Of a DNA stretch of 64,000 nt, positions 1-13,696 are shown in pieces. Each line of letters opens with the position of its first letter. The first letter of the stretch is position 1. Made by a program: the position numbers and the translations under genes. The stretch lies in contig CM022668.1 of NCBI GenBank assembly GCA_012295275.1, forward strand, positions 3,782,001 to 3,846,000. Direction: 5' to 3'. The notes below the pieces were generated by a model. It saw nothing but the letters and a program-made list of their open reading frames with translations. It searched no databases and was not told the origin of the DNA. The stretch is from Chrysomallon squamiferum (Eukaryota; Animalia; Mollusca).

Positions 1-369
1 GAAAACAAACTGTCAGAAGTGATTTGTAATTCTAGAAAACAATTTGTGTAAATAGTGGATTTCATTTCCATAAAATAAAACATTTGTAAATTGTAATTTC
101 AGAAAACAAAACATTTGCATATTGTAATCTTAGAAAATAAAAAAGTTGTAGATTGTAATTCCAAAAAAAAATATTTGTACTGTAATTTTAAAAATTAAAA
201 TCACTGTCTGCAGTGTACAGTAATTCTGGACTAATACATGTAGCAGACTGTAATTCTAGAAAACATTTTTTAAAAATGTTAATATATATATATATATATA
301 TATAAAAAAATACTGGAACTGGTTGTTACAGAAGTGAGAAAAAGAAAGTGATGAGATTTCAAGACAAAC

Positions 370-866
370 CTGATTATCTGGAATTCCCTTACACACCGCG
401 GTAGACTTGGAACAGCATTTCTTATGACATGTGTATTTACAAACTGAAAATAAATTATTTTTGTCACAAAATAAAAACTATTATTCCTTTATGTGAAATT
501 TGTCACTTACTGTATTGTTAAAATAGACATTAATTATAACTTTCATAATATATTATTCAGATTCCATAAAAAAATTAAATGTATTTTTTCCTAAATCATT
601 TAAAAAACCACGAAAACAAATCAAACAGTTTATTAACATGCTTTATTTTTATTGTTTTTTGTTGTTGTTGTTGTTGTTATAATATTATTACTACTATTAT
701 TATTATTATTATTTCAAACAGCTACACAAGCTAAGCAATGGCATGAAATGATGTACTGACCTTGACATACTTGACCTTTCTCCATGATCCAGATGATATT
801 TGAGCAGTACTCACAGAATGTAGGAATATTAAACTGAACTTGGAAAAATTTGTGACCTAAATGTTC
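370..866 (-). CDS. MYO9: Myosin IX C1 (zinc-binding, phorbol/DAG-type) domain exons
   Basis: [31 protein letters not shown]|[18 protein letters not shown] fits the H-x12-C-x2-C...C-x2-C-x4-H-x2-C-x7-C C1 pattern. Exons 866-761 and 443-370. Confidence 0.92.
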
Positions 867-3502
867 CTGCAAGTAAAAATTCATATATCACATTTTAAAA
901 CTGATTTTTTGATTTTCAGTATAAAAATCCAGTAACAGATTAAAACTATTTTATTTTTTAGTCACTTGGAATGATCTCAGAACTGTTTAGGAACAAACCT
1001 GATTATTACTACTACTATTATTATTATTATTATTACTACTAATACTACTACTATTATTAGTATTAATTTTTACTTACTATTATGGCATCTTTTTTGTGTT
1101 TGTCTCTCTTCACTGGTTTATTTTCTACTTTTTTAAATTTCTTTCTCACTTCAGGAGTTTTCATAAACTCATCAAGGAATCCACGGAAAGCATTGATTCC
1201 CAGAGTTATTGGAAGCACAGCATTCGTTCTCTCACCTTTGACCTCCGCTGACATGATCTGCTCGAAGTTTGCCAGCAGGTCACGGTACCGAACACAAACT
1301 GTCTCTTTCTGAAAAACAAAGCCAATAATCCAGTTAGAAATACCACAATCAGGCCATTTAATTTTAAAAGTTTATATAATCCCTTTTTTTTCTCAAGAAA
1401 CAACAATAAAACTTTCAACACTTTTAAAGTATATAAAATATATTTAAGGTGTCTTTGTACACAACAAGTACACCTTGCTTTAAGTCTAGCACTGAGGAGT
1501 TACCTGCATCTCTACAGCTATGGAAGACTTGAGTTCCTTGCGGAAAGATTCTATTGAGCTACGGAAAATTGTTTCAAAAACTGTCGATCTCTTTCCTTCA
1601 TCTTTCCCATACAGTTCCTCTTGCTGGAAAAACCATGTAAGTGATAAAAATGTGTAAATCATACAAAGAATGCACATACTAGAATGCACAAAAAACACAT
1701 AATATATCTCCATATATTTATGAAGTAAATAAGATTATTTCATGTTTCTCTGATAAAAATAAAACATATGTATACAAGTTATTCACATAAACTAATTTCC
1801 TTGAGCTAAAATGACACAGTTTTCTAAGAAAGCTAGATGTGAATTTGTAATGGAAAATATTATAAAAATCAGCCAGTGTGACTGACTGCAGCTTCAAGGT
1901 GAGAAACTCATCAGCAGTGAAAGAAAATTTAGTTTTAGACTACACATCAGACAACTCACTTTCAGGCTGTTATTACTGACAGTTACATAATTTATTACTG
2001 ACAGCAGGGGAGATAACTGACCTTCTTGGCTATGAATGTGTCGAGACAGTAGAGGTCGGACAGGTCGGTGATGCACAGTTCAGCGGGGTACTGCCACTGC
2101 GTCATCCCTGCAACGTTCCAGTTACTGCGTGCTGTCTGGGGTTCACTCAACTTCCTGTTTCGCATTCTCTTCTTCTTTGGTTTGCCATTTCTCTGTTTGA
2201 GGGGCTCACCCCCTGGTACGACAGGGTGTTCCTTCTTGTGCAGTGGGGGTGTAACAGGGGAGTCTGGAGGTTCCTCTGCATGACAAGGTGGGAGAACAGG
2301 CACACCCACTGAAACAGAACAACTTTGCTTAGCACATTTACAAACAAACATGTTCTGTGTAACAGGGTTACGAAATCTGCTACCATCAATTCATGGGTTA
2401 CGGTTACTGAATAATAGCAAGAGATATGCATAATCTGACAGAAAAAATATTAGGAAGATTAAGTGATTATGCAGCAGTCCAAATGACAAAATGTATTAGA
2501 GGAATGATCTTCTAAAATTTGTTTCAAGTAAGCATTCTAAGCAAAAAGCTTTATTATTAAGTAACAATTATTATATTAAAAAAAACATAGAAAGGAGATG
2601 TTCACTGGTACAAAAAAATTCATAAACTGGTCCTCAAGTTACATATTAGAATATAGTGAAAATAAAATGGATAATTATGTTTAAACAGTGTTAACTAACA
2701 ATCTTGAGGTCGTCTGTGGGGTGAGGGTTTTGCTGGGGACCCACTTTCCTCTACCTCCTCATCACTGTCCTTCTTCTTCCGACCTGAAACAAAAACACGT
2801 CATCTGTTACACACCTAGACATTACCTCTTCTTGTAAGAAAAACAACAGTCAAACATTAATGTGCTTAAAACATATTAAATTTAAAATATATCAAACAAA
2901 TGAGTTAAAGATATGAAATTTGTTAATGTTGAAATTAATTAAAAATTCTGCTTAAAGACACATGCTGACACACACACACGCACACACGCACAGACACACA
3001 CACACATTCATTCTCTTTCTTGCCTTCTAAAACACACATCATTAATAAAAATTAAAGCAAAACCTTTTAGTGGTATGCTAAACTTTAACTTCTGAAATAT
3101 TATTATTTGATAAAAAACTAAATTAAATCTAATCTATACTGAGTATATCATATTTATGCAATTAATCTTAAACTTTATAACTTAAAGGTAAATAATTATT
3201 TGTGAAATTCTAGTAGATTGTACAATGTGTTACGAAGCAAATCCCCCACAATGAGGAAACACACAAAAAAGCATGATGCAATGTAAATAAAGGTCAAAAA
3301 TAAATAAATAAACAAAAGTTTCACTTCAACAAGCTCATTACTTTCTAAATTTCAAGCTAAATTATCTTGCAATCTTTCTTAGTCATGGAAATAAATAAAT
3401 AAATAATAGTAATGAAAGTAATAAAAGCAATAATGTAAAATAAATAAGTAAGATAAGTAATAAATTAATATTTAAAATAACATATTCTATAATTAAAACA
3501 GC

Positions 3503-3534
<32 letters not shown>

Positions 3535-6057
3535 AAATAATAAATGGAAATTAGTATATCTAGGTATGTGAAAGGTATGTGAGTTATGCACACAACATGC
3601 ATCATACCACATTCCTCAAAGACTGTTTGGGAGAGAAAGAAGAAGTAATGTCTTTAGTAAATTACAAACAAGACAACTGTTAATAACTGAAAAGAAATTT
3701 ATTTTTCCCTACCATCTGAAAAATTAATCAAAATTCATCTTGATTTCCTCATTACAAATATTTTTTTTTTTTTTTTAAATGGTTTTGTTTTATTAGCCAT
3801 GAATTACCTTGGTAAATTTAGTATTTAAACAACACACTGCCTACAAAGACTGTTTCTGTATTTCAGAAATGAAAATGATAAAGACTGAGACTAATTTCTG
3901 ATGATAAGAAAATAGTTACTAAGAAGGCGAATTTGTTCAACTTGAACTGTGCTACTGGTTCTTCACCAATAAAAAACTGTTCAAAACACTTACTTTTTAT
4001 TGATAACACAGGTTTTTTAATGATGTTAAAAAAATAAAAACCAGTTTCATGTAATGTAACATTTATAGACTGGTCAAATAAACATTTTTATATATTAAAT
4101 ATTATTATATATTAAATACCAAAACAAATGTTTGGGTATATTGTGGACATTTTAAAGGGTCTATATTAATCTTTGAAAGAGGTATTTATTTATTAATAAT
4201 CTAATCCATAGAAACTGTTTTTACTTGTTCATGCATACCAACTGATACAAGTATAAAGATTATCTTGTACATAACAGATATATATCAAAGTGAATGCTGA
4301 ATAATAATACTATTAAAAGTTATTACACTGAGGAATACAATTCTGAGGAGGTTTGGGGACAGGTATTAAGAAGAAGAGACTGCTGGTTGAGAGCAGGGTG
4401 TCTATCATTACTTACTTCGACCTCGCAAGTATCGCAGTGAATTGCGAGTATGACGAATGAGACTGTATGAAGGAACACAACCTTTCCCATCTTTAAAATC
4501 AAACACAACAGCACTGTTGTCATGTTTTAAAGGACTATAAGCCTAGCAAATCTGTGTTCTTGTTTAATCACAACCACTGCTATCTTATTCTTAATCATAA
4601 AAGCAAGTGAAAGTAACTGTTCATCATAGTAAAAATAGAGGAAATTCTGCCCATTCAAGTTAAAACTAGCTAGTTGTAAAGTAGACCTGTTAGCTCTATG
4701 TTAAAGCTAAACATTAGCAAAACCCTAAAGACATAAAGATTTTAATTTTTGACTACCAATTAGTTATATGTGTGTGAGTATAGGGAATTATGTATGTAAT
4801 AATTTTGAACTGGCAGATGTATCTAGAGTACAACTACAAATTAAAGATTAGTGAATATAGTGAATTATTTACACATGAAATTGTGTACTGACCTATGTAT
4901 CTAGAGAAAATGAGTGAGTGTGTGTGTGTTTGAGTACACTGACCTATAACCACACTTTTGAGATGTTTAATGGCTGATCCCAGGGCACTCCGGTGTTGGG
5001 CTTCTGGTGGGATGTTCTTCTCACTGTCCGAAACCTGCTGTGTTAGTCTCTCCCTCCCCTTCAACACTGCATCACCAATAGCCTGGATCTTCTCCTGGGC
5101 AGGGAATACATTCTCTGAGGTTTCAGGCGTGGCTGGAGATGAATCCTGAATGAGAAATAATTAGTTTCACTAGTAGAACATGTATCAGTGTTAAATAGCA
5201 GTCTCAGAACCAGTGCTTGGTTGATTATAGATCATGTAGAAACATGACCAACAGCTATTTGACTTTAAATTTTAATAATAATAAAACAATACCATGAACA
5301 TGTGATTACTGATCAGTAAAATAAACATTTTGCATCTAAAGGTAATGAGGATAAAGTAATTTGATAAATTGCACACACACACACACACGCACAGACACAC
5401 ACACACACACACACACAAATACACACATGTATGTTTAATCAGGTTTTGTATTAAACAACTACTATTTAATCTATAAAACAGTTTATTTAAGAAATACCAA
5501 CATAAAGCTTTTTATTAGTACCCAGAACACAACAGGATTAACACAAGTACAAAACACTTAACACTGTACAACAAAGCTTTTCTCCAAACACATTACATTT
5601 TCCTATTGTTGTTTCTTTTTTCTTTTTTTAATGTTGTAGCACATTCAGAATCATTCCATGCTTCTTCAGTTTACAAGTTAAAAAAAAATATGTTCAACAA
5701 TCTTTATTCAATAATAAAGCAATGGGTGCATTTAGTAATGTGCAGACTTTATTTCTAATTTTAAACAGTATGTTCAGTTTATATTATCTTAATAAACACT
5801 TTTCATGAAAACTTTGTAATTACTACTTTTTTATTGAGTTCACTGAAAACTGTTACTCCTGTTCTATGATTCAGTGTTTACTTATCTGAAATGGTGGATT
5901 ACAAGGTTTTTATCTCACCTTGAAGACAGTTTTCTTTAGAAATAAATAATATCTATATACTGTACAATATGTGGGATGTTTTACAGAACATCTAAAAATA
6001 ATAAATATACATTTCCATTATTTAAAAAATAATAATAATAATAAAAATAGAAAAGAA

Positions 6058-6089
<32 letters not shown>

Positions 6090-7372
6090 CACAGCAAAAT
6101 TTAAATAACAGACTGGAATGCTAAGATTTATTTCATATGAAATATATTTCTTTAGAAACCTTTCCATTTATAGAGAAACACTGACATCATTTGTATGTAT
6201 TTTCAAAATACTATTATGGTTTATATTGTCGAACATGAACTGGACATACAAAAAAAAAGTAAAAAAATAGAACTTTAAAAGAAAAAAGTACCCACTACTT
6301 TATACACTGCCACAGCAAAGCTGCTATTTTATCAAATTAAGAAATAAAAGTGTGTTAAAGTGTTAATGATGTTTTAGCATGAAAACACTGTTACTGAACA
6401 CTGTTAGTAGTCACAATGAATGCTTTAACACAGCAAATAGGTATCAAATCCATTTTTAAATTAAAAAACCAAGAAAAACCCAACTCACAAACACAAACAC
6501 ACACATTATATGCATGCACTAAACAGACACATAAACACTTACATGCTCACCCCCATGCATGCACGTAACACACACAAATGTAAATGAAAACAATTACAGA
6601 AGTGTATGTTCAAGGCATGATAATGATGACTGCCAGTTTTTGTATCACTTACAAACAAGATGTGTTCAGTAACAGAGAGACACTACAACATCATAATGCC
6701 AACACAAACATGAACATATGCAGTCACAAAATAAAAAAATAAACAAAAATAATAATAATAATAATAATAGTAATAATAATATTTAGGAATAGTATTACTT
6801 ATCCGAACTTTGCAACAAAACAAGACAATGCAGCAACAAACAAGTCAAAAATGAGACTGGTGCCACTTTTCAAAATACATCAACACAGGAGAAGTAGTGC
6901 ACAACGGAACAGTATGAGGTTATGACTGAAAGCTCTACACTAAGCTGTGTGAGTAAAACGTGAAAAGAAGCAGCTGGCTCACCAAGTCAGAAAAAGATTC
7001 CTGTGTGGCCAGTGGTGCTGGTGATGGTTTTAACGGTTTCCATTTCTGAGAGCCTCGTCGTATAAATACCATACGTCCATCCGTCTGACATGTTAGAAAG
7101 ACAAGTTTAATTCTAGCAACTGTCTTACTTTAACAAAATACTTACTCACTCACATTCACACACACTCACACACTATATATACATATACACACACACATTT
7201 GACATGTTAGGCAAGTTTAATACTAGCAACTGTCTTACTTTAACAAAATACTTACTCACTCACATTCACACACACTTACACACTATATATACATATACAC
7301 AGACACATTTAACATGTTAGAAAGACAAGTTTAATACTAGCAACTGTCTTACTTCAACAAAATACTTACTCA

Positions 7373-7438
<66 letters not shown>

Positions 7439-10119
7439 CATACATACACACACACACACACACACACACGCATACATGGACACACTCACAGATACATACA
7501 CATGTACTCAGAGATGGAATTGCACGTACTCACATATGTAGACACTTTACATACACAGAAACACAGACACACACACACATGCATATAGGCACATAATCAC
7601 ACACATGTACTCACTCACTCACATGCAAACTATATTCTCACAAGCACACATTCACATGCAAGCACATCACACAAAACATACTCAAATAAATATATATTTA
7701 TACCGACAAACATACACACACAGACCACCAAAATTATATACCTTTACAAAACCTTGCACACGTGTGCACACACACACACACACTCACAACAAAAAAACAC
7801 ACACATTTTTATGTGAAATGTTATTTGTTGATTATGTCACACAGGCTACCATATTAAAACAATCAAAACAAACACATAAAGAAAAGTAATTTATATCAGT
7901 GTCAGAGAATATTTGTTCCCTCATTATGTGATTGTTTTCAGGTATAGTTCTGTATTCTGTTTGTGGTAAATACTGTGTCTACTAAAACTGACTAAACACC
8001 ATGCAGTAGATATTCATAAAAACACATTTAAAATGTAGATTGGTAGAGAAATAATTGGGGGATATATTTTACTAATACCACCTTGAAAAAAAGAGATATT
8101 CTTCTTTTTTTAATATGAAGGTGAAAATCCTTTTATCACTGATTATTCTTTTTATTATCAATAATTCTGTGTAGATTTCAAAGCATACCTGCAGTAATTT
8201 TGAATTTCTTTGAAATTTTGCTATTAATTTGACTCACCTGATACTTATGATAATTATCTTCAGTATCACTCTACCTGAAGTCTCAGATGGATGACAAAAA
8301 AGACCAAGTAATGAAGACAATAACCCAACCAAGTAAGAAACAGAAATCTATGCCAACATCACAGAAAGGGAAGAATCCTCAGCCTCATCTGAAAAGTCTG
8401 AGGACTCTCATGGAGGAAAAGAAGAGAATCCATGTCAACAGCACCAAAATGGATACAAATCTGCAAACTCCTTGGGCTTTTATGAATGAATGAAGAAAAT
8501 GAACGTGCTAATCAGAGAAAGCTGTGTGAAGCACGTCTACGACAGGCACACTTTCTCACAGGTCAGCGGGCGTGTCCGTCACAGAACTTGGGCTTTTATC
8601 ATGTTCGGCATGTTAAGAGTGTCTACTTCAGTACAGAGGGACATAATCTTTCACAACCAAAGTGCATACTCCACATAAATGGGAATCACTTCAGTGTTGT
8701 CCTATCATTAAATTCATAGAGACTTAGAGGAAATCAGATTAAAGTAGATTAAGTTAGAAGGAAATGCTACGTGTATTGTACAGTCAGCAGGTTAAGTTAC
8801 CTGATAGTCATATTTCCACTGGGTGATGACAAAACATTTAAGTAAAGTGTTTATTTTGTGGAAATTGAAAGAAGGAAAGTAGCTTTAAATTGGGCAAATC
8901 TCATTGAAAACTTTCATTATGTCTTTTACCTTACAGCATCAAAAACCCAGATTTTCTGGGTAACTGTAAAGTTCTGGTATGCTTTTTATGCAACCAGCAA
9001 TCACTAAGCAAAAGTTTGTCTCTTAACTGTCACACACACACCCTGTATACATACATCTACTGAATACGCATTCTCGTCTATTTATCATTTAACATTAGGA
9101 AAATCTGAAGTTTAGACTGGATAATCTGCTCTCGCACTTCTGCAGCTTTTAACTTTATTTTTCAAAGTTATATTTCTAGTTATCAAACAGGTGTGAAAAT
9201 ATTGAAGAAAATGAGTTTTAAAAAATGCATAATTATCCAAGTATGAAAATTCCACTTTAATTCCATAACTTAAGGCACTGGGAACCAATAGTTCCTCCAT
9301 GCGTGTAGGGGAACAAATGTCCATGGATAGGAACAAATATTCTTTTACACCGACCATTAAAATATAAAACATTATATCCTGCACTGAGAGATTTTAAAAC
9401 TTACTCAAATAAAAATAAATAAAAGACAAAAACACAAAGAAAACAAATCTTTTCAAAAAGGAACCTGAAATAATAATGTAATTAAGAACTAAGTAAGAAT
9501 GTACTTAATTGATAAAAGGATCCTTGTTAGTAATTTTCTTTTAATATGTATTTTTGGAAAGGGGATCTTCTTGACAAAAATTCAGTTAATTTGAAAACAT
9601 TTAACAACAACTAACCTGTTCTCTGTCTGGTGTGTTGAAGGCTTTTGCCAGTTGAAGAACTCTGAAAGAAAACATAAAATTATATTCTCTCACATCTCCT
9701 GTACATTTACCTTTGTCTCTGTATCTGTGTTGACAATATTTACTTTGATAATTGTTTCATAACTTTGATAACATTAATGTTAAACATGTACCACTGACTA
9801 CAAATGAGCTATTTGTTATGCATACAACAGGTATAAAATTTGCTGTCTAACCTTCCTGAATTTCTGTTTGACTCTGAGTCATCTTTCTCTGCAGGAATGA
9901 ACACGTGGCCAGAGCCAGTGGGTGTGACCGGTGGACTGACCACTGAGTCCATCTGGCTCCTACTGTCTGTCAACATTGTTTCTGACTCAGAGTCTTCTAG
10001 GATTCCACTGCTCCTTTTAAAAATAAATGAATAATATTACATGAATTAAATTAAACTAATTTAAAACAGACAAAAAATAAATAAATTAATTAATTAATTA
10101 AATTATATTAATTTAAAAC

Positions 10120-10162
<43 letters not shown>

Positions 10163-13100
10163 AATAAAAAAAGCTTTCAAAACCAAATAAAAGTGAACTA
10201 CCAACACAGAAATAATTCAGTTAGTAAAGTATTATTGAGTTAGAAACATATTAGTGTATTTTTCAATCTTCATGCTAACATACTAATACAATTTACACTT
10301 TGATTTGTCATGAAACTCTTTATATTTCAACTCTGTATTGAAAGTGACTAACAAAGAACACACAGAAGAAACAGCAAGTTCAACAAAGACTCACTCCTCC
10401 GAATCTCTCCTCTGTACTGGACCAATATCACGTTCCAACTCTTCAGCACTTGACTCCTTTATCAGCACCCCCTCATCACTGGTGGAGGACTGCATGTCCT
10501 CACCTTGCTTCAACCTCACCCTCTCCTCCTCATCCCTCCTCTGTTTCATTCTCAACATCTCACTGTACCTACAAAACATTGTCCATTAACATTATTTTGA
10601 TGCGAATGACATCTTGTTTTAAAATTCACGTAAAGTATAATTTTCTTGAACTATTTATATAAATATCTAATCAGTTTAGAATATTAAAAGTAATATATTA
10701 GTATTTTAGAAGCACTATGTCTATGATTGTAGATTCTCTTTTGTGTGTATACATGAGGAGAACCTACAATCATACTGCTTTAAGATACAAAATGATATAC
10801 ATATAGTGAAATGTGTCCGAACCTATTGATACTGGGGATTGTTTTGTTTTTGATTCAGTAAGAAATAGGAATGACTGAGGTCTGCCATCAGAATCTAAGA
10901 AAGACTTTGAGGAATGGAGTAATCTAAGGATTAGACCATTTTTATTTGTTACTGGATGACAGTCTCACTAGAAACATTTTTCACTGACTGTGAAAGTGAA
11001 AATACAATTACAGCTTATTTTAGCCCTATACTGGACAAAGTCTGTGTTAACGACTTACTTTCTCCTTGCCAGATGTCTGCGACACGCTGTCTGAACAACA
11101 ACCACGCGAGACAGATACTGTCGATAGCGTCGACGTACAACCTGTCCACGATACCACTTCTGTACAGTGACAGCAGCACTGTGACGTTCACGCAGTCGTG
11201 CCAGTTGTCGCTGAGCAAGATATCGTCTTGTGAATTTCTGAAAAAATTTATTTGAAATGTTTATATCTTATATAAAATGTCAACATAAACTTGTAACACA
11301 ATACAAAGTATTTATAAAACATAATACTAAAAAAGTATTCAATAAAATACTAATATAAAGTTGCATTATAAAGTATTTATAAAACATGATACTAAAAAGC
11401 TATACAATAAAATAGTAATATAAAGTTGTATTACAAAGTTTCACTACACAATTTTGAATCTCAAGGTATCACAATTTAATATATGTGTCTTAACGGGAAA
11501 CTTCAATACAAAATATCAACACCAAACAGTGTGAAAATAAAGCTGAGCTTTCTGCTCTCTAAAAGATATTGTAACTCAAAGACTTTTTACCTGTACTACA
11601 ATTACAGCAGCTCTGAGCCGAAGGAAGTTTTGATGTTCAAGGATTGTTTTTGCCCAGCGCTGAATTTTGACAACTCTCTCCATGATGGCTCGGTGCAAGG
11701 CCTCGTCCAGTAGTATCTTCTCACTCTCTCGTAAAAACAGCTGACAAAACATCACATTCTCATTTAAAACATGAACCAAATATCTTCTCACTCTCTCGTA
11801 AAAACAGCTGACAAAACATCACATTCTCATTTAAAACATGAACCAAATATCTTCTCACTCTCTCGTAAAAACAGCTGACAAAACATCACATTCTCATTTA
11901 AAACATGAACCAAATATCTTCTCACTCTCTCGTAAAAACAGCTGACAAAACATCACATTCTCATTTAAAACATGAACCAAATATCTTCTCACTCTCTCAT
12001 AAAAACAGCTGACAAAACATCACATTCTCATTTAAAACATGAACCAAATATCTTCTCACTCTCTCGTAAAAACAGCTGACAAAACATCATTCACATTTAA
12101 AACATGAACCAAATATCTTCTCACTCTCGTAAAAACAGCTGACAAAACATCACATTCACATTTAAAACATGAACCAAATACCTTCTCACTTTCTCGTAAA
12201 AACAGCTGACAAAACATCACATTGTCATTTAAAACATGAACCAAATACCTTCTCACTCTCTCATAAAAACAGCTGACAAAACATCACATTCACATTTAAA
12301 ACATGAACCAAATATCTTTCTCTCTCTCTCGTAAAAACAGCTGACAAAACATCACATTCACATTTAAAACATGAACCAAATATCTTCTCTCTCGTAAAAA
12401 CAGCTGACAAAACATCACATTCTCATTTAAAACATGAACCAAATATCTTCTCACTCTCTCGTAAAAACAGCTGACAAAACATCACATTCTCATTTAAAAC
12501 ATGAACCAAATATCTTCTCACTCTCTCGTAAAAACAGCTGACAAAACATCATTCACATTTAAAACATGAACCAAATATCTTCTCTCTCTCTCGTAAAAAC
12601 AGCTGACAAAACATCACATTCACATTTAAAACATGAACCAAATACCTTCTCACTTTCTAAAAAAAACAGCTGACAAAACATCACATTTTGTCATTTAAAA
12701 CATGAACCAAAACCTTCTCACTCTCTATCATAAAACAGCTGATAAAAACATCACATTCACATTTAAAACATGAACCAAATATCTTCTCACTCTCTTTATC
12801 TAAAACAGCTGCTGAAAAAACATCACATTCACATTTAAAAAACATAACCAAATATCTTCTCACATTTTAAAATAAATTTCTAAGATAACAAATTAAAAAC
12901 AGCTGACAAAACATCACATTCTCATTTATTTGAACCAAATATCTTCTCACTCTCTCGTAAAAACAGCTGACAAAACATCACATTCACATTTAAAACACGA
13001 ACCAAATATCTTCTCACTCTCTCGTAAAAACAGCTGACAGAACATCACATTCTCACCAACCAAATGTCAAATTCAAAATGAAGGTATATGTGTGTGTGTG

Positions 13101-13665
13101 TGTGTGTGTACAAACAGACAGGTCAACAATGAAATGATTTAATAAAGAGAAATACCTTTAATCCATCTATCCACTACAAACAATATTAATAATCACTGAG
13201 ATAAATATAAATTAAACAATTCTTATGTGTTCATAGTGGGAAAAAATAAAGAAAATGTTTGTGTTCAACTTGTTGAATGTTAATTATATAGAATTCAAAA
13301 ATGTTTAAATCTTTATCTGAAACTTCACAGACAGTGCTGAGCAAATTAATTAAGGAGGAAATAAACATACAATGACAATTTTTTTTAAAACTACACAAAA
13401 CATTTTAAAATAAATTTTAAGATAACAAATTAAAAACAACTTTAACAAGAAATAAACACACCTTGTTGATGCCAATCTGATAATTTTCTTGATTCATTGC
13501 CATTTTGTCGAGAAAAGATTTCACATCCTTTTTGGAACTGAGCAATCCTTTTGGCAGCAATATTTTATACAACTGAATAAACTCCTAAAACAAACCAGTA
13601 CAGTTTATATCTGTCACTAATAATGCAATGTTCAATTGGTGTAGTCCAACAGTACTACTGCTACC

Positions 13666-13696
<31 letters not shown>

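Noticed and set aside
11714-13055. Regular repeat array resembling CRISPR
   Set aside because: No unique spacers, eukaryotic context, and the unit is a copy of a myosin intron/exon junction.
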